A stretch of 58,211 nucleotides of DNA, counting the filler, from Sphacelaria rigidula (taxonomy: Eukaryota), in assembly GCA_964200075.2 (NCBI GenBank). It is 8 parts of 8 records of this genome, joined end to end, with 100 filler letters (N's around TTAATTAATTAA, not from the genome) between each part and the next. Parts side by side here need not be neighbours in the genome. Positions count along the whole stretch, not along the records: positions 1 to 7,190 come from CAXNAA020016047.1; positions 7,291 to 14,479 come from CAXNAA020016048.1; 6 more parts are not named here. One strand, given 5' to 3'. Both the position numbers and the translations under genes were made by a program. Positions 1 to 11,048 of the stretch are shown here, in pieces; positions within the stretch are counted from its first letter, which is position 1, and the number at the start of each line of letters is the position of its first letter. The notes under the pieces are model-generated. The model was not told the DNA's origin. It saw only the letters and a list, made by a program, of their open reading frames with translations, and ran no database searches.

Positions 1-491
1 CCCCCCCCCCCCGTTATTGCGAAGAGTTCAGACCCCATACGTGCTATCACTCGCAATTGTTCTAAACCGTACTGATCATCCTGCAATCGACCAACTTGGT
101 GTTTCCACTGTGCAATTAAGTCGAGAATCTCAGCAGAAACTGCGTTATCCGTGGAATATTCGTCTGGCAATGGGATATTACTCGAACAACACCAGAAATT
201 TGCATCCCCAATGATCCTGGCACAAGCGGCTCGCGTTCGCCAATAGTGTGGTCTGCTTGCGCCATCGCGTCTCGACCTAGCTCCCCCAAGCTTCCTCGAC
301 GTATCTCCGTAACGCACCGCCCCGCATCCGACACCGTTGACCCCACCGGTCCTCGGCGGAGCCCGTACCCCTATCCAGATGTCGGCGGTGCATTCCCACC
401 GGTCGCTGCCGTTGGTCTTCCTCCACAGGCGGTACCCCGACCTCCGGGGGCCGTACGCGCCGCGGAAGTTTGGCTCGTGGTGCCCGCACCC
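1..491 (-). CDS. 5' part of a second ORF in the -1 frame overlapping the gag-like ORF, truncated by the contig end (candidate pol/ORF2)
   Basis: Read by hand: stop-free from about 491 to base 1 (...DIWIGVRAPPRTGG...CARIIGDANFWCCSSNIPLPDEYSTDNAVSAEILDLIAQWKHQVGRLQDDQYGLEQLRVIARMGSELFAITGG). It is absent from the ORF track because it has no stop codon. Confidence 0.4.
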
Positions 492-1952
492 CTACCCGCC
501 TGTGCATCACGATCCTGAGTACCGCCCCCTCGTCCACTATTACCGGCTCCGGCCCTCGCTGGTGCCGAACGACGAGCTCTCTCTGTCTCCACCCCGGCTC
601 GGTCACATCCCAAACCTTCGACGTGGCGGTATTTACACTGCTCCTCGGTGAGCCCGCATTTTCCGTCCAACCACTTGAAACAAGTGAGGTCCCGCTTTGA
701 GGCGGGTGTTGTCGCCGCCCACTTTCTTGGGCCAGTCCCACCGCCAGTCAGAGCACTCCGTGTTTTGCGGTCTTGCTCAAAATTCTCCTCCACCGACATG
801 TGTCTAGAATTGAGATATTGCTGCAAAGTCGGAAAGGTTGGAGCTGACGTCATCGGTACGCTTGCTGCTGATGACGGGGGCGAGTCGTGTCGAGCCAGGA
901 AAATATGGGACTCGTTGGTCATGGCCTCTGTCCATCCTCGCAGGTCCGTGTTGATCATTTTCTCGAACATTGCAGATTGGTTTTTGACCAGCACAGCGCG
1001 GGCCATCGTGTAAATGCGAAATGTGTGCAATACCTTGTCACACGCCGCTTCTAGGTGGGATATGCGCTGGTTGCATGTAGCCGACTCTTCGTCAGCCTGA
1101 GGGTGGCTAGACTCAAGGCTGGCACGTAACATTTTTGAGTTTCCATGCTTCACGAGCGCCAGGCGGTCGACGATCGAGAGTGACGTGGACGAGTAATATC
1201 GGCTACGCGGACCGAAATCCATCACGTTGAATCCACTCATTTCAGACAGGGCGGTGAAGACGTTGGTAGTAACGAGTAGGATGTCGCCCATAAGGCCCTG
1301 CAGTTCGCTTTTCATCATTGCGTGTGGCATTCTCCCGCGCAACGCCCAGATCACACGCGTTTGTGTTTTCTTCCAAGCGTCCACTCGTGTCTTGTGCTGG
1401 GCTTGCTTCTGGAGGCGTACTTCCTCCGCCCTTTCACCCTCGAAACCCGAGTGTGGAGGACCTGCAGCAGAGTACGGAGATGATGATGATGATGCCAGTA
1501 GTCCGGTCGCGAATGCGGGCTGGTGACGTCTACTCCCGACGAAGGATCCCGCGGCCCCGGCGAAGGCAGCTGGCCTGGTGAAGGGGCTGTACGCTGAATA
1601 CCGTTCTGGAGATGGTGAGTGTCGCACGAAGGGGTTATGCTGTTGCCAGGCGGCCGACGACGATTGCGGCGGCACAGCGGTGTGACGGTTGAGGGGGGCG
1701 TCCTTCAACTCGACCAGCTGTTCAAGGACCTGTGCGAAAGCTTGTCGATTTTCGTTACGCATGCTTGTGATCGCTTGATCGTTCTCGCCCCGCGTGGTGT
1801 TCACTGCGGCTAATCTTCTCTATCTGTCGCTTGGCGACTGTATCCGCAGCCGGTGCGACTTCCTCCTGTTCGCCGTCGAACTCTTCCTGGTCCGCGATGT
1901 CATCAAGGGCACCGGCGCCGCCGGTGCTCAGGGCGTTAGCCTGTTCTTCCAT
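371..1952 (-). mobile_element. gag-like ORF1 (coiled-coil N-terminus, CCCH zinc finger, Gly/Arg-rich tail) of a probable tyrosine-recombinase retrotransposon (DIRS/Ngaro-like); one apparent frameshift near 1815
   Basis: Intronless 477-codon frame (371-1804) containing CFKWLDGKCGLTEEQCKYRH (C-x7-C-x6-C-x3-H) followed by an RG/GG-rich tail. An upstream frame from the ATG at 1952 (MEEQANALSTGG...KRQIE) joins it if one base is removed in GAGAAGATTA. A second frame overlaps its 3' end. The family assignment is inference. Confidence 0.5.
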
Positions 1953-2986
1953 CAGTACGCAGACTGCTCCCAGGACAAAGTACAGTAAAAACTTAGACAA
2001 ACGATGCGACCTCTCTCCGACTGCTCACAGCGCAAAGGACGTGTTCCGGGTGTACCACCTTCAACACTCGTACTCCCTGCAATCGGACGCTAAGATGGCT
2101 GGATGTTCAGGCCGCCGTTGTGCACGCCTGCTACTGCGTCTGCCTACCCCTCTTGCAGCGTGTTAAATGACAATCGCTTCGATGTTCGGTATCAGCTATA
2201 CAAACGTCCAGAGCCCTGATCCCTTCTGTTTCTGTTCGGTACTCGTCATTACACATGTAAGATGATGAATGTGTGATTCAATATAATTCAATGATGCGAT
2301 TCGAAATTCTTTGGCTCCCCCAAAACACATACTTCGAAGTATTCCCTAGATTAGGAATATTTCGCCATTGCTTGGTGGTGACGATGTTTTGAACGTTTCG
2401 CAAAACTAAGGCTTTAGCTGTCGCTGGTTTCGGGCCAGTCACTACTGTCCGCTTCCTAAGCTCCTTGGTACTCCAACTCGAACAAACGACTTGTGACAAA
2501 TGATTCGAGACTTATACCCACGCTACCTCGTGCTGCTGCTCCGCCACTCCTCCCCACTTTCACCCATTTCGCAGGTGAAAAATATGAACTTTGAGCGTGC
2601 CATATAGTCAAAGACGTTGCTGCCACACCGTGGAAGATGGTGCGAGCCCATCAACTCAAACATACGAGATGTTTGATCATCTGCTAAGTCAATACCCTAC
2701 ACGGGAGAAGAAGACGGACACGGAAGAAGGAAGCAGACACGGGAGAAGGAGACGGACGCTGCAGCTGCGGTGCATATACACTACCACAGACTAATGTACT
2801 GGTCGATCTCGAATGCTGCATCTCCTGTCTGGCATGACCTGTTCCTCTGCACTGGCGTTGCAGTTAGAGAGAGTCAGCTCTCCTGTCACAAAAAGAGGAA
2901 AAGACAATAGCTGCAAGTAGTATTTTATACGTAACACACATTAAAATAACTTGAAAAGTCGATTTAGGATGAAAATTTCCTCGAAT

Positions 2987-3417
2987 AACACGGGATTTTA
3001 CAAATTGGGGATGGATCTTTTATTGGGGATGAAAACCCAGAGGATTAAAATCTTCGTATCCACACCAAATCTCCGAAGTATGCTTCTATCTCTTCACTTG
3101 CTGGTAGTTATTGACAACTACTACACGCCATACCAATTTGGATTTCGATAGCCGAAATGTCGGGGTCCTAGTTGAAAAACCAATTTTGGGGGATTTTAGG
3201 TGTACGATCGGACGCCAAAATTGGTTTTTCACTTAGGACCCCGACATTTTGGTTATCAAAACCCAAATTTGCATGGCTTGTAGTAGTTGGCAATAGCTAC
3301 CAGCAAGTAAGGAAATTGGAGCATACTTCGAAGACTTGGAGTGGATACGAGGATTTTAATTCTCCGGGTTTTCATCCCCAATGAACGATCCATCCCCAAT
3401 TTGTAAAACCTCGTGTT
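2987..3417. mobile_element. Foldback/MITE family A, near-complete palindrome
   Basis: Arms of about 200 bp are reverse complements (AACACGGGATTTTACAAATTGGGGATGGATC / GATCCATCCCCAATTTGTAAAACCTCGTGTT). Related copies at 10599, 29158 and about 42840-43440. Confidence 0.85.
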
Positions 3418-6004
3418 GAATGCTTTTTCCCCCCACGTACAGTACAAGCGCATAACAGACGCCTGGGGTTGTGTAACACACCCATGAACTCCTGTTTTCA
3501 GTGCGATCGAACACTCCTTTCAAACATACGATCATCCGGAGACTAAACTTCGAAGGGGCTAAAATCCACAAATCGCGGCAAAATGGCGATGGCACCTATT
3601 CATGCCTCCACGCCCCCGGTAGCCTAATGGTACAACTCACACCAATAGGTCAGAAAATGCGGGTGCGACTCCCGGCAGATGCATTCAGTGTCATCGTGAA
3701 AATGATACCTCATTGCCGTCGTTGCAAACGTGGCTAGCGAAATTTCTCACTTGGACGTGAATTGACGTGGTGCGGGAGTGTCAATCCAAGCCGCGATACG
3801 GACGTGCAAGGCGTGTACCGGGGAAGCGATTGGTCGATCCCTTGGGACTTCAACCTTGTCCCGGGGAGGGGGAGTGTGCCAAAAATCATACAGAGGAACC
3901 GTGGAGATGGATAACTGTTGCCTGTGGTTTAACCAGGCTTTCTTGTAGCGAGCAGAACAGCTCTATGGATTTCCCGCAACGTTGCAGCGGTGGAAGATCC
4001 CACCCGCTTTCTCCTTCCCGCTCTTTCTTGTGGTCAATGCACATGTGCGCAAATGGAACAGCCTTGGGTATTCCTGGCAACGCAACACGGAAATCGCGTC
4101 AAGGCTACCTCTTCTTTGCTCCGCGACAATGTTCCCGTGACTACTAAGCCCTGACATGGAGGAAAATGATAGCAATATTTATTTTTCTCACCACTGTCAA
4201 TGCTATTAACGGCCAAGCGTGGAAACAGCTGGACGTTGCCAGAAAGATCCAGGTCCTGACCGCTTTACAACCCGGAGCACTCGGGGGTGCGTATTTCCCA
4301 CTTGCGATCGGTACATAATCGTCTACTCTTGGTACAGAGACGAACCTGCATAGAAAGGCCATCTCCACAAGTATACAGAGTACCAGCGTGCTTGCGAGGA
4401 AACCGTGACCAGCAGCGCTCCGACATTGGCCTGGATGAGCTACCTGCTGAAGGCTTGAGCCAGGAGTTCATCGGATAGTCTTGGAGAGTTTTTACCACTT
4501 GCACGGCATCATCGTCACCGCGGTGCTGCGAGAGAGGAAGGACAAAGCACAACACTGGTGATGTCGCCAAGTGCGAGCACTACAGGGGATTTTTCTCTTA
4601 GCACATACTGGTAGATGCTTCCTCAAAATTTGATCAACATGCTCGGAATTTTGGCAGCAAGCGAGTTTCCCGCAAGAACCGTGATACCGGCGCTAAATAT
4701 CAGGGGTTGACAGAATGACCGAAGCATGCCGGCGGCCGAAGTTGGGACGGGCGAGCAGGATCTCACTGGACATACATATTTCCAAGATGTACGGCTCCGA
4801 AAATCGCACGCTCTCGGGAACATTCGCTCGTTGAAGTTCCTTGGCGAATGATCGACGCCATCCGTATGTTTTACAATGGTGTGTGAGCAAGTAGCTGAAT
4901 GATGGCAAACCGTCAGGGTGATCTCACGTCTGCTAGGCATTCAGCCAAATATGCGCTTCGTGTCCCCTGATGTTCAATATCTTGGGCACGGCTTGGTCAA
5001 CGTTTTACAGCGTTTCGCAGCAGACACCCTGATTGCCTCAGACTTGGTAGATCCAGACGCTGCGCCGACAAAGATAACGGTTACTTCGAAGAAGAGACGA
5101 CACCGAAGAGGCGGGAGTAACGCACCGTGTGGGGAGTACTTTCATGCAATCGGGGGTGGGAGACGAAGCGTGGTATAGCGCCGACTACTCACTTTACTTT
5201 CGAAAACGTTTATTGTGGTCTAATTTCGTCCCGCTACGACTCAGCGTTAGTTTTTGTGCCTGCCTCCTGCAGAGCTGGTGGGTGTGCGTTTCGGCCCATA
5301 TAGTGTGAGCCCCAGATGACTTACTCGCAACCTTCTTCAAAATCCCAGTTTCTTGTCGTTTTCTACATGTACGTCCTCTGCGCCTGAAGACATACGGCCA
5401 GATCCTGTCGTTTTTTTTCTTATGACCGGCACTTTATCTTAGCCTACTACAGTTCGTTTATGTCCTTCTAGTATGCCCATCTCCGTTTCTTTTTTTCAGT
5501 TCATTTTGTTTATTCTTTGCTGTATCATCTCTTCTCCATTATACTTATTCCTCGTGTCACGTGGAGATAGACCTTTATCACACAGCACTACCGTAGCCAC
5601 TGCTGCCAAGAACACATACCCGATCTACTACTCACGAACATGACAGTTTGATTGCAGAACTTTTTTCATAGCGCCCCGGATAACATGTTCAGGTCGTCCC
5701 GTCAACACTCAGATTCCGGTAAGCACATCATATATTTTACAGCGACAAAGAAGCCCCGCGAGAATGGTGGGTAAAGCAAATATCCTGATTGGACATGGAG
5801 GATCCGGATGTGCTGTACATAGAGCAGCGGGCCAAACAGCATCACCCTGGAAGAATGAATCGATGCAAGGATGATCAAGGTATGTTTGATTTTAGACATA
5901 CAGTTACTCTTGCAAGTTACAGAGGTAGCAGTACTGTATGCAGCGAGCAATTGCAGAATCGGACTAGGGGAAACACCACCCCCCCATGTTCTCGGCATGT
6001 ACAC

Positions 6005-7110
6005 ATAAATGCAGTGATTTAAACGGGTTAGGCACAGATAGGAAGGATGGACGTGATCCTCTGAGGCTCGCATTTAGTTTTTAGGATCGAAAAATGTGTC
6101 CTGATGAACGTGGGTGTACCACAGCTGAAATATGCCAGAGAAGTATGGGAGGGAAACGTGAAAGTTGGTGAAGAAGTTGGAAACAGTACAGCAGCTAAAC
6201 AAAACTTGGATGCTCGAAAACGACGAGTAGTAGCATTGAGAGCAGAGTCAAGGATGTAACCACTGAAAACTAACAGAGACATGAGAAAAGTGCGGTGGCA
6301 ATATAGCTTAAAGAACGTGCAGAGAAAGAGATTGCAACCCATAATTGATAAGGCTGTATGAAGGAAAATTACGGAAGGGCAGGCTGGAATAAAATTGAAC
6401 AGAGAAGACGAGAAATTATGGAAGAAGATAGAAGGATACTAGGACGACCTACTGTCCATATAGGAAGGAGCGGGGTACAAGACACAAGTAAGATACGTGA
6501 TAGAAATAAGGAAGAAAGAAGCGCTCAGACACCAAGTAGACGAGGAAGGCATGTGGGTATATGGGGAGTTGAGAGAGGGGATAGGGATGAGAAAATATTT
6601 GTTCGGCCCAATGGACGCGGCGAAAAAGTTGAAACTGCGATTTCGGGTGGGGGACCTGGACCTACCAGAAGGAAGGAAGAGATTTACCAGTCGTCGAAAT
6701 GAGGAGTAGATCCACAGAATTACCCCCATGGCAACGAAATAGAGAGCATAAGTCATATAAAGGCAGAGTGTTAACTATACGAGGTGGATCAGGACGCGCT
6801 ACCATAGGGGGAGAAATGCGGGACATGAACGAAGGTGGCATGAAGTCGTTTGATGCATTCGACAGTAGCGAAATAACAATGGCTGTACTAGGAGATAGAT
6901 TATGGCCACAGGCAACGAAACGGGACAGGGATAAGATATGTGAAAAACAAATTGTGTAATGTATGCAAGAAACGTAATGAGCACCTAAACGTTGGAGGTG
7001 TCTCTATCAGGAGCAGGAACGGTGCTCCGTCTCGCAAGGGACGCATAGTCAACGATCAAACGACTAAGGCAAGCCACGAATGGATACGCTTCCCGCCCTC
7101 CCCCCCCCCC
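6005..7110 (+). mobile_element. Decayed 3' portion of a non-LTR retrotransposon (LINE): RT C-terminal region, Cys/His knuckle, C-rich tail
   Basis: Broken frames give VPQLKYAREVWEGN, KLKLRFRVGDLDLPE, a decayed CP...ES...H...C motif and NVGGVSIRSRNGAPSRKG, ending in C-runs. The same sequence recurs at 48243-48558, 7424-7490 and about 56130-56198. Confidence 0.75.
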
Positions 7111-7190
7111 CCAAACCCCACCCCCGCCGCTTTTGGGGGGCCCCCCCTTCGGTGGTCGGCCCCGCCCAAACCAACGAGGGAGGCTCTCCC

Positions 7191-7290
7191 NNNNNNNNNN
7201 NNNNNNNNNNNNNNNNNNNNNNNNNNNNNNNNNNTTAATTAATTAANNNNNNNNNNNNNNNNNNNNNNNNNNNNNNNNNNNNNNNNNNNN
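7191..7290. other. Artificial contig linker (44 N + TTAATTAATTAA + 44 N); also at 14480, 21769, 29058, 36347, 43636 and 50924
   Basis: Seven identical 100-bp spacers with a six-frame stop motif separate segments of 7190, 7189 (x5) and 7188 (x2) bp. Confidence 0.98.
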
Positions 7291-7407
7291 TGTAGGGATG
7301 CGAGGTCAATGGTCTTATGACTATGGCAAGCATGATCATGAGTACACCCTAGCGCAGCATAACTCAAACAATAGGCACATAGTAGGTGGCGAGGGGTACA
7401 CCGACCC

Positions 7408-7506
7408 CGTCATCGGACAGGGGCGTACTCATTTGTTGCTTGCCTTAGTCATTTGACCATTGACCACGCATCCCTTTCGAGACGGAGCATCGTCATCGGA
7501 CAGGGG
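7408..7506 (-). mobile_element. 67-bp 5'-truncated LINE 3' end flanked by a 16-bp target-site duplication
   Basis: CGTCATCGGACAGGGG occurs at 7408-7423 and 7491-7506. The insert is the reverse complement of the LINE end seen at about 7023-7090. Confidence 0.85.
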
Positions 7507-8706
7507 AGGGTGTTTTGTGAGGCCCTTGAGCCCTGTGGGACTGTTTCGCCCTCACTCCGCTTCTTTTCGCGAACATTGGTGAGCATGCTCTGCAAGGGTT
7601 GTGGCCGTGTCGCTTACGCGTCGGGAATGATTTCCCGGAGGTTAGCGCCTAGCATGGGCAGGCTCAACTTTCGCGTTCACCACCACCCCGTTTTTGGCTG
7701 AAAAAAGGAAGAATGAATCCACTTTCGTCTATTGCCCGAGTTGACATGTTACTGTTGGCTCGACGCACAGTGAGCCATGGCTCGGACGGCAAACTCTCTT
7801 GCAAGCAGTTCAGATATAGAGAAACATTGAGGTAGATTATTGTGCGTGGTTACGTTCATTAAACAACCACACAATAGACATGGCTCTGCTCCCGTGTAGA
7901 GAGCATTCCAAAGATACGTCCACTGAAAAGCCAGATATATGCAGTAGCTATACTGCTGTAAAACCCGTAGCAATTGAATCAATCCATTCAATCATCAACA
8001 ACCACCTCCACTCTATACTCAAGGTCGGCGGATGCGCCGTAGGCTTTGAGTCGTACACGGTATCTTCTGTGCTTTAAACGTGATGACGTAGAGGCTTGCA
8101 AGGTGGGGCGAGATACTCGGTGTCGCGAATGCAACAAGGAGACTAGGTGGCATAACTATCGATAGGTCGGGCAAAACAGAAGTAGCGCTACGTACGCGAG
8201 GGAGAGAAAAATGTTTCACCAGAGTAATCCGAGGGAATTCCACCCCAAGAACCATCTACCCTGATCAAAACACCTTGCTCCGCTCAGTCAATGCGCATTC
8301 TCTCCCTACAGGTAATCATTGAGTCCACAACGCCGTCAGAGCTATAAAAGGGATGCATCATCAGCCATTGAATGCAGCAGACCAGGGATGCACTACAGAA
8401 ACAGACAATCTAAGAATGAACAGCTTCTTGAAATGTGTCGAAGTACCAATACCAGGGCGTATTGGACGAAACGAACGTAGTCCTGCAAACGCGTATCGCA
8501 GTTTCACCGTACCGCAAACCGCAGGAAGCATGTTCACTGCGATTATTCGGCACATTACCTGATGATTCCGACATTTTTCTTCAACCTGAAACATTCTACG
8601 GAGGTCGAGGCTACATCTGTAGTCTTGTTATCCAACGTGCTGGGTCAAACACACACCAATACATTGTGCAGTTTCCCCACATTCCTGGTGAAAAATACAC
8701 GGCGTG

Positions 8707-9813
8707 TCAGGGACGTGCAGCTCTTGCTGATGGTTTAGCGGTTTTCATGAATCTTCGCGACACTATGTTTTCTCCTGCTTCAGCATCATCGACGCTGGCA
8801 GGCCAAGGGAGGTCGTCCGTTTCTTCGAGAAAAGACGTAACGCCTCGTGCATTCGTGGACCTACGGGGACCTTTTTGCTCTTCATATCTCAACGAGCAAG
8901 AAACCACGACGGCTTCGATAACGACAACAGTGACCATGAAGACATTGATCGACACCAGGACGACTTCGAACAACCTTTGGCTCGTGGCGTGTTCGCTAGA
9001 CACGTCTACCTTCAACAACAGACCACAATACATGCTCAAAAATATAACCGCATGCCCTGTACGGTTTACCCAGGTATCCCATCCGGACGCATAAGGCGCC
9101 ATCGACTCGGAGACAAAGATGAAGAATACAGTCAATACGAGTGTGACTGCTACCTGTGCCGATGTGTTTGGATATATAAAGACCACAATTCCCGTCAGTG
9201 CAATCCGACGACCACATTCGATTACCTCATAGTAGAAACGCTGCGGCTGGTACGGCGACCACAAATTTGTGATTGGTCTGACGCGTATATCGGATTCACG
9301 ACCGATCTCATTCGCCAACACTTCACGGTGTCTAAAAAGAAGGGTGACGTAAAGAGTGGGGATGCCTGCCGTGTACACGGCAATCATGAACGCTGCGTAG
9401 ATCTGTAGTGACACATGCCTAGGAGAATCGCACTCGATTCGGTAATCTGCGCGAAGGTAGTTCTTGCCGTCGTCCAGGTCCTCGCAGGAGAACATCTGAA
9501 ACAATATAGAAGACACTGATGAGTACACCAAAAATGTCAGGAAAATCACCATGGACAGATGTTTTCGACGAAATCTTCCTAGTGACGCGTCCGACCAGCG
9601 GTTTCTCTCCCGCCCCCCAAAGCGGTACGTAACTCCGAGGATGGCCAAACCGACGATAGGGGCTATCGTAGACATGATGAGGCGCTCGTGAAAGTCCACG
9701 TCGAAGATGCACCCTGTCGAGAGTATCCAGTTCAGATCGAAATTCAGCACGTCCACGCCGTCCAGAAACTTTTGATATATTCCGGGATATGTAACGTTCG
9801 CCACCTGAGAGAA
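8707..9813 (-). CDS. Terminal exon of a multi-pass membrane protein (C-terminal ~7-TM domain of the stramenopile 'adhesin-like/polymorphic outer-membrane-protein-like' family)
   Basis: Open frame of about 368 codons with about 7 hydrophobic helices and the motifs YLRADYRIEC, YTAGIP and LWSPYQPQRFYYEVIECGRRIALTG. A pyrimidine tract plus AG acceptor at 9814-9815 gives in-frame FSQVANVTYP (alternative acceptor at 9805). Upstream exons not identified. Confidence 0.8.
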   Translation of the reverse strand, partial: FSQVANVTYPGIYQKFLDGVDVLNFDLNWILSTGCIFDVDFHERLIMSTIAPIVGLAILGVTYRFGGRERNRWSDASLGRFRRKHLSMVIFLTFLVYSSVSSILFQMFSCEDLDDGKNYLRADYRIECDSPRHVSLQIYAAFMIAVYTAGIPTLYVTLLFRHREVLANEIGRESDIRVRPITNLWSPYQPQRFYYEVIECGRRIALTGIVVFIYPNTSAQVAVTLVLTVFFIFVSESMAPYASGWDTWVNRTGHAVIFLSMYCGLLLKVDVSSEHATSQRLFEVVLVSINVFMVTVVVIEAVVVSCSLRYEEQKGPRRSTNARGVTSFLEETDDLPWPASVDDAEAGENIVSRRFMKTAKPSARAARP

Positions 9814-10598
9814 CTACCGGGCGGAAACGCAAGGGAAAAAAGGTAAATCATGCCCTGTCTACGCCATTCGAGGTTGTGCGACTAGGAAACCTGGGAATCC
9901 GTTGGTAAGCTCTCCTTCCGCAGAGTTAACCCTTCCAACGCCCGCAGATGAAGAACCCATTCTGACGAGTCATATTTCGCGTAAAATTGGTGCTGATTCA
10001 GCATATATGAAATTATATATTATTAAAGACCATGTTTAGAGCTACGAGAAGAAAGACAATAACAGCATGAAGATTCACAGCGACCCATATATTTTTTTTC
10101 CCCTGGAGTCGATCGAGATATTTTCGTGAGTATCATTTTTCTTGTACCCTGGTGCTAGTTCCCCCCTTGTTTGCGTACGCGTATGTGTTTTACAGAAGGG
10201 CAATGTGTTTGGGCTGGACTAAGTGGCCAGTAAAACGCAAGCGACTCGGTCAATAAGATGCAACCAACCGTATCTTTCAAATGTAATAACGTTCGCTGAA
10301 CCACGGACTGAGTTCGTGATCGCGTGCACCTACCTGTGCTTTCTCGAAAGATATCCTCTGATTCAATCCGAAGAGTAGCGGGCTACCCTACCGTCCGATA
10401 TATTCGAATGTTAATACGAAATAGAAATGCTGGTGTGAATGTCTCCCCGAACTCCCCGTGCGCATGTGACACCCCGAACATTATCCTACTTCTTGAGAAA
10501 TAAATTCCTCCATCTTTTAAATAGCTGCAAACTATTCATTGTTGAACGTTTCTTGTTCAGAAACGAAGCTTCTTCTAAACCTACGCAGCGTTTTCAGA

Positions 10599-11048
10599 AT
10601 TCAATAGCCGATCATCGAAATTGAGGATGGGGCTTTTCATTGACGACGATAACCCGGAGGGTTGAAATCTTCGTATCCACACCAAACCTTCGAAATATGG
10701 TTTCATTCCCGCATCTACTGGTACCTATTGACAACTGCTACACGCTCTACAAACTGTGATTTCGACAACCGAAATGTTGAGGTCCTAGATGAAGAAACGA
10801 TTTGGGGGAACTATGTGGTCCGATCGGATCGTGAGAATTCCCCAAAATTGATTATTCACCTAGGACCCCAACAGTACCGTTATCGAAATCCAAGTGTGTA
10901 TGACGTGTAGTACTTGTCAATAGCTACCAGCAGGTGAAGGAATGGAACCATATTTCGAAGATTTGGTGCGGATACAAAGAATTAATCCTCCAGGTTCTCA
11001 TCCTCAATAAAAAGCTCCATCCTCAATTTCGATGATCGGCTGTTAGAT
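10599..11048. mobile_element. Foldback/MITE family A copy
   Basis: Long inverted arms (AATAGCCGATCATCGAAATTGAGGATGG / CCATCCTCAATTTCGATGATCGGCTGTT), homologous to 2987-3417. Confidence 0.85.

Noticed and set aside
3880..4990. Possible decayed transposase on the minus strand
   Set aside because: Only a vague YPRLF similarity to hAT; no ordered catalytic motifs can be read.
7235..7246. Recurrent TTAATTAATTAA motif as a biological site
   Set aside because: Always centred in N padding; it is an artificial linker.
8435..9408. Plus-strand ORFs of 219 and 177 aa
   Set aside because: Antisense shadows of the membrane-protein exon.
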